From an uncultured Desulfospira sp. (lineage in GTDB: Bacteria; Desulfobacterota; Desulfobacteria; Desulfobacterales; Desulfobacteraceae): 64,000 nucleotides of DNA. Each line of letters starts with the position of its first letter. Position 1 is the stretch's first letter. The position numbers were made by a program, and so were the translations under genes. This document shows positions 12,062 to 20,310 of this stretch, one piece after another. Location of the stretch: assembly GCA_963663165.1 (NCBI GenBank), contig OY760175.1:1600001-1664000 (forward strand), given 5' to 3'. The notes under the pieces are model-generated. The model was not told the origin of the DNA and searched no databases. It saw only the letters and a program-made list of their open reading frames with translations.

Positions 12062-12646
12062 ATGAATTCACCAAAAATTATAAGATGCCCCTGGTGCGGG
12101 GATGACCCGGTTTATATGGCCTACCATGACACGGAATGGGGGGTTCCGGTCCATGATGATCAAAAATTGTTTGAATTTTTGATCCTGGAAGGGGCCCAGG
12201 CCGGGCTGTCATGGCTGACCATCCTTAAACGAAGAAGCGGCTATAAAAAAGCGTTTGCCGGATTTGACCCTGAAAAAGTGGCCCGGTTTACGCCCCAGAA
12301 AATTGCCGGTCTTCTTCAGGACCCCGGAATCATCCGAAACAAGCTCAAGGTGAATGCTGCCGTGACCAACGCCCGGGCCTTTCTGGCCGTCCAGGAGGCA
12401 TTCGGCTCTTTTGACCAATATGCCTGGCAGTTTGTTGACGGCCGGCAAAAGGTGAACCAGTATACCCGGTTCGACCAGGTCCCGGCCACCACAAAGGAGT
12501 CCGACGCCTTTTCAAAAGACCTGAAACAACGGGGATTCAAATTTACGGGCTCCACCATTATGTATGCCCATATGCAGGCCACCGGAATGGTGAACGACCA
12601 CCTGGTATCCTGTTTTCGATACCGGCAGCTAACCGCTAAAAGCTAA
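12062..12646 (+). CDS. tag: DNA-3-methyladenine glycosylase I
   Basis: RCPW, YHDTEWG, LEGAQAGLSW, IIRNKLK, QATGMVNDH..C. Confidence 0.95.
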   Translation: MNSPKIIRCPWCGDDPVYMAYHDTEWGVPVHDDQKLFEFLILEGAQAGLSWLTILKRRSGYKKAFAGFDPEKVARFTPQKIAGLLQDPGIIRNKLKVNAAVTNARAFLAVQEAFGSFDQYAWQFVDGRQKVNQYTRFDQVPATTKESDAFSKDLKQRGFKFTGSTIMYAHMQATGMVNDHLVSCFRYRQLTAKS

Positions 12647-12681
12647 CAGCTAATGGCTAACAGCTAAAAGGAGAAAAACAC

Positions 12682-14247
12682 ATGCTTCTCGTAACCGCCA
12701 GGCAGATGCAGAATATGGACGGATACACCATTAACGAGCTGGGCATTCCCGGCCGGGTCCTCATGGAAAATGCCGGCAGAGGCGCCGTTGACATGTTTAT
12801 CCGAAAATTTTCCCCTGATCACCGCACCAAGGTAGGCATGGTGGCCGGCCGGGGCAACAACGGGGGGGACGGGTTTGTCATGGCCCGGTATCTCATGGAA
12901 ATGGATGTGCCGGTAACCATGTTTTTATTGTCCCATAAGGAAAAAGTGACCGGGGATGCCGCCGCCAATCTTTCACTGGCCCAGCAACTTCTTGAACACC
13001 ACCCTTGCTCAAAACTCATTGAAATCCCCGATGCCGACACCCTTAAAAAGAACAGGGCCGCCCTGGTCCACCAGGATCTTTTTATTGACGCCATTTTCGG
13101 CACCGGCCTGAATGCCCAGGTCAGGGGATTTTTCAAAGAGGTGATCCAGCTGCTCAACCAGACCGGCAGACCCATCTTTGCCGTGGATATTGCCTCAGGC
13201 CTGAATGCCGATACCGGAAAGCCTTTAGGCGAGGCCGTCAGGGCCTCGGCCACCGCCACCTTTGCCCATGCCAAAGCCGGGCATATTCTCTACCCGGGAA
13301 ATGATTACACCGGAGACCTTGAGGTCATTGACATCGGCATTCCCGGGTTTGTCACCCAGAATGAAGGCATCGGCCTCCGTGTGGTTGAAACCGCCTATAT
13401 CGCCCCCCTGTTCCCCCAAAGGCCCTTTAACAGCCATAAGGGAACTTTCGGCCATGCCCTGATTCTGGCCGGATCTCCCGGAAAAACAGGGGCTGCCGCC
13501 CTGTGCGCCAATGCCGCGGTCCGGACAGGGGCGGGACTGGTGACCTTAGGCCTTCCCAGCAGCATCAACCCCTCAGTGGAGGCCATGGTCCTTGAGCCCA
13601 TGACCTTGCCACTGCCTGAAACCGTTAACGGAACCCTGAGTGCCGCCGGCTTTGACGCCATCATGTCACAAATAGACCACTTTCATGCCCTGGCCATGGG
13701 GCCCGGGATGGGTACGGATGAACAGACCCGGGACCTGGTCACCCGGCTCATTGAATATGTGGACATCCCCATGGTGATCGATGCCGACGGACTCAACTGC
13801 GTGGCCCAAAAGCCTGCCATCTTAAATACCCGGCACGCCCCCACCATTTTGACCCCCCACCCCGGAGAAATGGCAAGGCTGTGTGATACCACTCCGGATA
13901 AAGTCCAGGCCGACCGCATGGGATTGGCTGCGCAATTCGCAGGGGAATATGGGGTAATCCTGGTCCTTAAAGGGGCCCAGACCATCACGGCCCTGCCGGA
14001 CGGAAACATTTTCATCAATCCCACCGGAAATCCGGGCATGGCTTGCGGCGGCATGGGCGATGTGTTGACCGGCATCATTGCCGGGCTGGTGGCCCAGGGC
14101 CTGTCCGCTGACCATGCGGCCATGGCCGGCGTATTTCTTCACGGGCTCGGGGCCGATATTTTAGCCTGCAATTCACCGGGATTCGGCTTCACGGCATCGG
14201 ACCTGGTCCGTACCATTGCCCAAGCCATCCAAGAGACGATTGAATGA
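12682..14247 (+). CDS. nnr: bifunctional NAD(P)H-hydrate epimerase/dehydratase
   Basis: LMENAG, GNNGGDG, DAIFGTG, SHKG, GPGMG, DADGL, LTPHPGE, GGMGDVL. Confidence 0.95.
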   Translation: MLLVTARQMQNMDGYTINELGIPGRVLMENAGRGAVDMFIRKFSPDHRTKVGMVAGRGNNGGDGFVMARYLMEMDVPVTMFLLSHKEKVTGDAAANLSLAQQLLEHHPCSKLIEIPDADTLKKNRAALVHQDLFIDAIFGTGLNAQVRGFFKEVIQLLNQTGRPIFAVDIASGLNADTGKPLGEAVRASATATFAHAKAGHILYPGNDYTGDLEVIDIGIPGFVTQNEGIGLRVVETAYIAPLFPQRPFNSHKGTFGHALILAGSPGKTGAAALCANAAVRTGAGLVTLGLPSSINPSVEAMVLEPMTLPLPETVNGTLSAAGFDAIMSQIDHFHALAMGPGMGTDEQTRDLVTRLIEYVDIPMVIDADGLNCVAQKPAILNTRHAPTILTPHPGEMARLCDTTPDKVQADRMGLAAQFAGEYGVILVLKGAQTITALPDGNIFINPTGNPGMACGGMGDVLTGIIAGLVAQGLSADHAAMAGVFLHGLGADILACNSPGFGFTASDLVRTIAQAIQETIE

Positions 14248-14708
14248 TCCGGTTTACCTCAACATCAGACCAGGAGACCCGGAACTTCGGAAAAACCCTG
14301 GGAAAAATTCTTTCAGAAGGGATCACCATTGCCCTGACCGGGGATCTCGGGGCCGGGAAAACCACCCTGATCCAGGGGCTGGCCCAAGGGTTGGGGGTCA
14401 GCAAAGACTATTATGTGACCAGCCCTAGCTTTAACATCATCAATCAATATCCCACCCATGGGCTTAGCCTCTGCCATGTGGATCTTTACCGCCTCAGTGA
14501 TGTCGATGAACTGGCTGTCATCGGATTTGAAGACATCCTGGAACAGGGGGCTGTTGTCGCCGTAGAATGGCCGGACATCCTGCTGGAAACCGGTTTTAAA
14601 TTTGATCTTGAAATCAAATTTGAGTTTGATCCGGATTATAACCGGATCATTTCCGTTACAGGGTATGGACATCACCAAAAAAATCTGTTAAGCAAATTGT
14701 CCTTGTGA
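14244..14708 (+). CDS. tsaE: tRNA t6A biosynthesis ATPase TsaE
   Basis: GDLGAGKT, VTSPSF, HVDLYRL, VEW; ATGA overlap with nnr. Confidence 0.95.
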   Translation: MIRFTSTSDQETRNFGKTLGKILSEGITIALTGDLGAGKTTLIQGLAQGLGVSKDYYVTSPSFNIINQYPTHGLSLCHVDLYRLSDVDELAVIGFEDILEQGAVVAVEWPDILLETGFKFDLEIKFEFDPDYNRIISVTGYGHHQKNLLSKLSL

Positions 14709-14770
14709 ACGTCACGGATGACACCGGACTTTGTAACCGGCTTCATCTACAACGAATAGTGAAAGATCAA

Positions 14771-14855
14771 GGATATGGGACTTGAGATATGGGACTTGGG
14801 GATCTTATAAGAAACCGCAGGATAACCCCAAGTCTCATGTCCCAAGCCCCATGTC
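14771..14855. repeat. inverted (GGGACTT)n heptamer arrays
   Basis: ggatatgggacttgagatatgggacttgggg ... ccccaagtctcatgtcccaagcccc. Confidence 0.7.
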
Positions 14856-14885
14856 TTTCATACAACCAGTTTGCGGAGCAATTTT

Positions 14886-16154
14886 ATGGCGTTAAGAGTG
14901 CAAAAATACGGCGGTACATCCGTAGCAGATATTGACCGGATCTCCCATGTTGCCGACAGAGTCCAGAAAGCCTATGAAGCGGGTGACCAGGTGGTGGTTG
15001 TACTCTCGGCCATGGCCGGCGTAACCGACAACTTAATTTCCCTTGCCAGAAAGGCAGCCCAGAAACCCGACAAGAGGGAACTTGATGTCCTGCTGGCCAC
15101 CGGAGAGCAGACCACCGCGGCCCTGATGGCCATGATGCTCAAATCCAGGGGATACAAGGCCCGCTCCTTTTTGGGGTTTCAGGCCGGTATCCATACGGAC
15201 AACACACCCGGCAAGGCCAGGATTTTAAACATTGACTGCAACAAAATTAAAACGGCGCTCAATGAGGGGTATATCTGCGTGGTGGCCGGATTCCAGGGCC
15301 AGGATGATGACGGGGATATCACTACCTTGGGCCGGGGCGGATCAGACACCTCTGCAGTGGCCATCGCATCATCCCTTAATGCGGATGTATGTGAAATTTT
15401 TACCGACGTGAACGGCGTCTATACCACGGACCCGAGAATCTGTTCCCAGGCCCGTAAAATTTCACGGATATCTTATGAGGAAATGCTTGAAATGGCAATT
15501 CTCGGAGCAAAGGTACTCCAGATCCGCTCTGTGGAATTTGCTAAAAAATTCAATGTGCCCGTGCATGTCAGGTCATCATTCAACGAGGAGGAAGGAACAA
15601 TGGTAGTCAATGAAAGTTCTGATATGGAAAGTGTGGTGGTGTCCGGCATTACCTGTGATTTGAACGAAGCCCGGATCACTTTAAAAAAGGTGCCGGACCA
15701 GCCCGGGATATCCGCCAAGGTCTTCGGGCCTCTGGCTGAAGCGGAAATCATGGTGGACATGATCATCCAGAACACCCGTTCCGGCGGGGAAACCGATTTG
15801 ACCTTTACCGTGCCCCAGGACGAGTTTGACCGGGCCCTGGAGATTTCAGAAAAGGTGATCAAGGAAATTGGCGGGACAGAAGTCCTGACCGCCAAGGAGA
15901 TTGCCAAAGTCTCGGTGATCGGACTTGGCATGAAAAGCCATTCCGGGGTCGCCGCCACCATGTTTGAGGCCCTGGCATCGGAAAATATCAATATCCGGCT
16001 GATCGCCACATCGGAAATCCGGATATCCTGCGTCATCCTGGCCAAATATGCGGAGCTTGCCGTAAGGACCCTTCACACGGCCTTTGGCCTGGACCAGGAA
16101 GGGGGCGCCCCCCAGTCTCACCTGATTAAGAAAACCGCCCACCCGACTGAGTAG
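14886..16154 (+). CDS. lysC: aspartate kinase
   Basis: VQKYGGTSV, TTLGRGGSDTSA, TDVNGVYTTDPR, two ACT domains; GGAG RBS before ATG 14886. Confidence 0.95.
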   Translation: MALRVQKYGGTSVADIDRISHVADRVQKAYEAGDQVVVVLSAMAGVTDNLISLARKAAQKPDKRELDVLLATGEQTTAALMAMMLKSRGYKARSFLGFQAGIHTDNTPGKARILNIDCNKIKTALNEGYICVVAGFQGQDDDGDITTLGRGGSDTSAVAIASSLNADVCEIFTDVNGVYTTDPRICSQARKISRISYEEMLEMAILGAKVLQIRSVEFAKKFNVPVHVRSSFNEEEGTMVVNESSDMESVVVSGITCDLNEARITLKKVPDQPGISAKVFGPLAEAEIMVDMIIQNTRSGGETDLTFTVPQDEFDRALEISEKVIKEIGGTEVLTAKEIAKVSVIGLGMKSHSGVAATMFEALASENINIRLIATSEIRISCVILAKYAELAVRTLHTAFGLDQEGGAPQSHLIKKTAHPTE

Positions 16155-16219
16155 GGATTTAGACTGAAGGCTGAAGGGGGTTAGGGTTGCGTATTCCTTC
16201 AGCCTAACCACCTTCAGCT

Positions 16220-16330
16220 TCTCGTTTCTTGTCTCTTGTCTCTTGTTTCCTGTCTCTTGTTTACTGTTTCTTGTTTCTTGTTTCCTGTTTCCTGTTTCTT
16301 GTTTCCTGTTTCTTGTCTCTTGTCTCTTGC
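16220..16330. repeat. (TTTCTTG/TTTCCTG/TCTCTTG)n heptamer array overlapping the lon 3' end
   Basis: About 15 degenerate 7-nt units; read in frame by lon as QETRDKKQETRNRKQETRNKKQ. Confidence 0.8.
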
Positions 16331-18723
16331 CCAAATACCACCTCAAAGACATCCTTATATGTCTTGGCAAAATGAAAGGTAATCCCCTCCTTGATATGGT
16401 CGGGCAGTTTTTTAAAATCCGGCATACACCCTTCAGGTAAAATAATTTCACTGACCCCGGCCCGCCGGGCCGCAATGATTTTTTCCTTGATTCCGCCCAC
16501 GGGCAGAACCTTTCCGGTCAGGGTAATTTCACCGGTCATGGCCAACGGCCGGTTCACCGATCTCCCCCTGGCCAGGGAAATCAGGGCTGTTGTCAGGGTG
16601 ATCCCGGCACTGGGCCCGTCCTTGGGGGTCGCTCCCTCGGGCACATGGACATGGATAAAAGAGGATTCAAAATAATCTTTTTTGATTCCAAACTCCTTGA
16701 GATGGGCCTGGACAAAGGAAAAGGCAATGGTGGCCGATTCCTGCATGACCTCCCCGAGTTTTCCGGTCAGCTTGAATCCGGCCGTTTTTTCATGGACCTT
16801 TACCGCCTCAATGGGAAGGGTGGCCCCGCCCATGGATGTCCAGGCAAGGCCGGTGACCACGCCCACCCCTTTCATCTGCTTTTCAGTCTTAAACATGGGC
16901 GGCCCTAAAATTTCCTCTAAGGACTTTATGGAAATCCGGATCTTTTTTTCGTTTTCCTTTAATATTTTGACAATGCTCTTTCTGATGATCTTGTTGAGCA
17001 GTTTTTCAAGGGTTCTGACCCCGGCCTCCCGGGCATACCCCTCAATGAGCTGCCGGATGGTGGGATCGGTGATGGTAATGGTGGCCGATGTCAGTTTGTT
17101 TCGTTTCAAGAGCTTTGGCCAGAGGTGTTTTTTGGCGATCTCCATTTTTTCCGATGTAATGTAGCCGGACAGGTTGATCTGGTCCATCCGGTCCAGCAAC
17201 GGCCCCGGAATGGTGTCCAGCTGATTGGCCGTGCAGATGAACAGCACCTTGGACAAATCAATCCGGAGATCCAGGTAATGATCCAGGAACTCGGAATTCT
17301 GCTCAGGGTCTAAAACTTCAAGCAGGGCCGATGCCGGGTCCCCCTGGTAGGACGCCCCGATCTTGTCCACCTCGTCCAGCATAACCACAGGGTTGGCCAC
17401 GCCAGTATCCTTTAAGGCCTGGACCATCTTGCCGGGAAGGGCCCCCACGTAAGTCCGCCGATGCCCCTTGATTTCAGCTTCGTCCCGCATGCCGCCCAGG
17501 CTGAACCGGTAAAATTTTCTGCCCAACGCCTCGGCAATGGATTTTCCAATGGAGGTTTTCCCCACGCCGGGAGGCCCTACAAAAAGAATTATAGAGCCGG
17601 AAATATCCTTGCGGTAAATCCCTTGGGCAAAAAATTCAATAATCCGTTCTTTGACATCGGCAAGGCCGGCATGATCCCGGTCCAGCACCTCTTCGGCCCG
17701 CTTAATGTCGATGTTGTCTTCAGAATAGACCCCCCAGGGAAAAGAGGTGACCCAGTCCAGATAATTTCGGGTCACCCCGTATTCGGAAGACCCGGTTTCC
17801 AGCACGGACAATTTCTCAATCTCTTCTGAAAACCGTTTGACCACATGCTCCGGCGGGTCCAGCTGTTCAAACCTTTCCTTGAACTTGTCCACATCTGATG
17901 TCTTGTCATCTTTCTGGATGCCCAGTTCTTTTTGAATGGCCTTGAGCTGCTCCCTTAAAAAAAACTTGCGCTTGTTCTCATCCACCTTGACGTTGATGTC
18001 TTTCTGGATTTTGGTCTGGAGCTTGGCAATTTCAATTTCTTTTTGAAGGAGCATTAACACCTGTTTCATCCGCTCAATAACGGATTCGGTCTCCAGAATC
18101 TTCTGGAGTTCATCTCCGGAAGCCGTGGTAATGCCGGCGGCAAAGTCGGTCAGGGGAGACGGCTGGTCCGGGCTGAACCGCCCTAAATACTGTTTGAGTT
18201 CTTCAGAGTACAATGGGTTTAAGGACAGCAGCTGCTTGATGGAAGATATGATGGAAATGCCGTAAGCCTTGAGCTTATCCTCATCCTCCTGCAGGTCTTC
18301 GAAATACTCCACCTGAACCACAAAAGGCGGCGAATTTGACAGAAATTTCTTGATCCGGAACCGTTCCAGGCCCTGGGCAATGAACTGAAGATTGTTTTCC
18401 ACCTCCACGACGTTGAGCATCCGGACCACGCATCCCACCTTAGGAAAATCTTCTTCATCCAGATCTTTTCCCCTCACATTGCTCAGGTAGGAGAGCCCAA
18501 GAAGATTTCTTGAATCCCGGGACGCTTTCATCAACGTTTCCTCCCAGCGGTCTTTGCTGACCACTAAGGGCTGGACCTGGGCCGGCATGTGGGGACGTCC
18601 GGTGATAGGAACCAAATAAAGTATTTCCGGCTTGAACTTTTGCTCAACCAGCTGACCTTTTTGGTCCATTCCGTCATCGTCATTTACTATTTCAGGGGTA
18701 ATCGGGCTGTTGTCATCCGTCAC
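16261..18723 (-). CDS. lon: Lon ATP-dependent protease
   Basis: N-terminal LON domain, GPPGVGKTS, LDEVDK, PKDGPSAG, VGGIKEK. Confidence 0.97.
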   Translation of the reverse strand: MTDDNSPITPEIVNDDDGMDQKGQLVEQKFKPEILYLVPITGRPHMPAQVQPLVVSKDRWEETLMKASRDSRNLLGLSYLSNVRGKDLDEEDFPKVGCVVRMLNVVEVENNLQFIAQGLERFRIKKFLSNSPPFVVQVEYFEDLQEDEDKLKAYGISIISSIKQLLSLNPLYSEELKQYLGRFSPDQPSPLTDFAAGITTASGDELQKILETESVIERMKQVLMLLQKEIEIAKLQTKIQKDINVKVDENKRKFFLREQLKAIQKELGIQKDDKTSDVDKFKERFEQLDPPEHVVKRFSEEIEKLSVLETGSSEYGVTRNYLDWVTSFPWGVYSEDNIDIKRAEEVLDRDHAGLADVKERIIEFFAQGIYRKDISGSIILFVGPPGVGKTSIGKSIAEALGRKFYRFSLGGMRDEAEIKGHRRTYVGALPGKMVQALKDTGVANPVVMLDEVDKIGASYQGDPASALLEVLDPEQNSEFLDHYLDLRIDLSKVLFICTANQLDTIPGPLLDRMDQINLSGYITSEKMEIAKKHLWPKLLKRNKLTSATITITDPTIRQLIEGYAREAGVRTLEKLLNKIIRKSIVKILKENEKKIRISIKSLEEILGPPMFKTEKQMKGVGVVTGLAWTSMGGATLPIEAVKVHEKTAGFKLTGKLGEVMQESATIAFSFVQAHLKEFGIKKDYFESSFIHVHVPEGATPKDGPSAGITLTTALISLARGRSVNRPLAMTGEITLTGKVLPVGGIKEKIIAARRAGVSEIILPEGCMPDFKKLPDHIKEGITFHFAKTYKDVFEVVFGQETRDKKQETRNRKQETRNKKQ

Positions 18724-18863
18724 GTTTCACCTCAAGAATTGATTTATTAAATTTGCAAAACTCGCTTTATTCACTATAATTATATTTATAAAAATGACAA
18801 CCCATTTGACTTAACTGATATTTCAGTATACACATAACAATATTTAAAAAAAGGAGGTTCGTC

Positions 18864-19253
18864 ATGACTTATAAGACTGATTTATCTGAAAGCCTTGAAG
18901 ATTATCTTGAAACCATCCTGGAACTCCAGGAGAAAAACACCGTGGCAAGGTCAAAGGACATTGCCGAAAAGCTTGACATTAAAAGGGGTTCCGTTACCGG
19001 CATGCTAAAAAAGTTAGCCACCCAGGAACTGATCAACTACGAACCCTACGGGTTTGTTACCCTGACGGCAAAGGGGAAAAAAATCGCCCAGTCTATTGAA
19101 AAACGACACACTTTTTTTAAGGACTTTTTCTTTAAAATGCTGGAACTTGATGAAGACACCTCCGACAAAACTGCCTGTCGGATGGAACATGTTATGGACT
19201 CCAAAACATACCATAAATTCAAAGAGTTTATACAGAAAATCGGCGAAAAATAA
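18864..19253 (+). CDS. DtxR/MntR-family metal-dependent repressor (no C-terminal SH3/FeoA domain)
   Basis: LEDYLETI, HTH, SVTGMLKKL, LT.KG, RH, ACRMEH; AAGGAGG RBS. Confidence 0.92.
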   Translation: MTYKTDLSESLEDYLETILELQEKNTVARSKDIAEKLDIKRGSVTGMLKKLATQELINYEPYGFVTLTAKGKKIAQSIEKRHTFFKDFFFKMLELDEDTSDKTACRMEHVMDSKTYHKFKEFIQKIGEK

Positions 19254-19311
19254 TTTTCAGCAGCATTGGGGAAGCCCCCTGTGAAACCGCTTTTCAAATT
19301 AAAAGGAGAAG

Positions 19312-20070
19312 ATGCCTCTTTTGCCGGAGCCCTGCCCTGAAAACCCAACAGAATTTGCGCTGGACAAAAAAGGGCTTTTGCAAATTATCAATGCGCTTCC
19401 CAATGCCATCGCAGTGGTCGACCACAAGGCCTGTGTGCTTTTTTCAAACCAGCCGATTCTAACATTGTTCAACAAGAACAAACTTGATTTTATCGGCCAA
19501 AAAATTGGAAAGGCCTTTGGCTGTCATTACTATAATGACGAATGTGAGAAAGACTGCGCCTTGGTTTCAAACAGCGGTGTCTGCGCCCTCAAGCAGGGCA
19601 TAATGACCGCCCTGAAACAAAAAGACGCCTGCCGGGATATGGAAATCACCATAAAAATTGGGGAAACAGATGAAAAGGAATTGATATTCTCTATCCTTCC
19701 TGTGACCCTGAACGGGGATGACCTGGCGCTGCTGACCATTGAGGATGTCACCAAAAACCGCCACCACGAAATGCTGCGGATAGAAAAAGAAAAACTATCC
19801 GCTGTGATGAAAACCGTGGGTGCGGTCTGCCATGAAATCAATCAGCCCCTGATGATTGTCATGGGGCTTTCTGAAATGCTGTTGGAAGACCTTCCCCAGG
19901 ACCATGCCATGCATGAACGTATCCGGAAAATAATGAACCAGGCCGACCGGATGGGCCAAATCACCAAGAAACTGATGTCCATCACCCGGTACCGGACAAA
20001 ACCTTATCTCAAAGGCGAAATCCTGGATATTGACTCGGCGTCCAGCCCTTCCCCGCCTGCAGAACCATAA
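19312..20070 (+). CDS. PAS-domain protein with HisKA dimerisation domain but no HATPase domain
   Basis: PAS-like IINALPNAIAVVD..N; H-box VCHEINQPL; protein ends shortly after the DHp helices. Confidence 0.75.
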   Translation: MPLLPEPCPENPTEFALDKKGLLQIINALPNAIAVVDHKACVLFSNQPILTLFNKNKLDFIGQKIGKAFGCHYYNDECEKDCALVSNSGVCALKQGIMTALKQKDACRDMEITIKIGETDEKELIFSILPVTLNGDDLALLTIEDVTKNRHHEMLRIEKEKLSAVMKTVGAVCHEINQPLMIVMGLSEMLLEDLPQDHAMHERIRKIMNQADRMGQITKKLMSITRYRTKPYLKGEILDIDSASSPSPPAEP

Positions 20071-20173
20071 AATTGAAGGAAACCGAAAAAAAGGAGGCCG
20101 CAGACCGGATAGCAAATTCGGAGATTAGCATCTTGCTCTGAATAGTTTGAGAAAAGGCAAGAAGACCAACCCT

Positions 20174-20256
20174 GTAGGAGCGGGCCATGCCCGCGATCGA
20201 ATCGCGGGCATGGCCCGCTCCTACGTGGCAACCAGAGGGAACTGCAAATCCGGTCT
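20174..20256. repeat. GTAG-type REP doublet with conserved tail
   Basis: Same palindrome and tail as the 9328 copy. Confidence 0.85.
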
Positions 20257-20310
20257 GACGGTTTTCCTCCCTCCGGTCTCCAGTCTTCCCTTTTTCCGGT
20301 CCCCCCTTCT

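Noticed and set aside
14709..14885. Lysine riboswitch before aspartate kinase
   Set aside because: Half the leader is heptamer repeat and the remainder is too short and lacks L-box motifs.
11888..16330. Short tandem arrays as CRISPR
   Set aside because: 7-nt units without unique spacers; no cas genes.
15846..16475. 209-aa ORF with KQETRN repeats
   Set aside because: Alternate-frame reading of the heptamer array overlapping lon and antisense to lysC.
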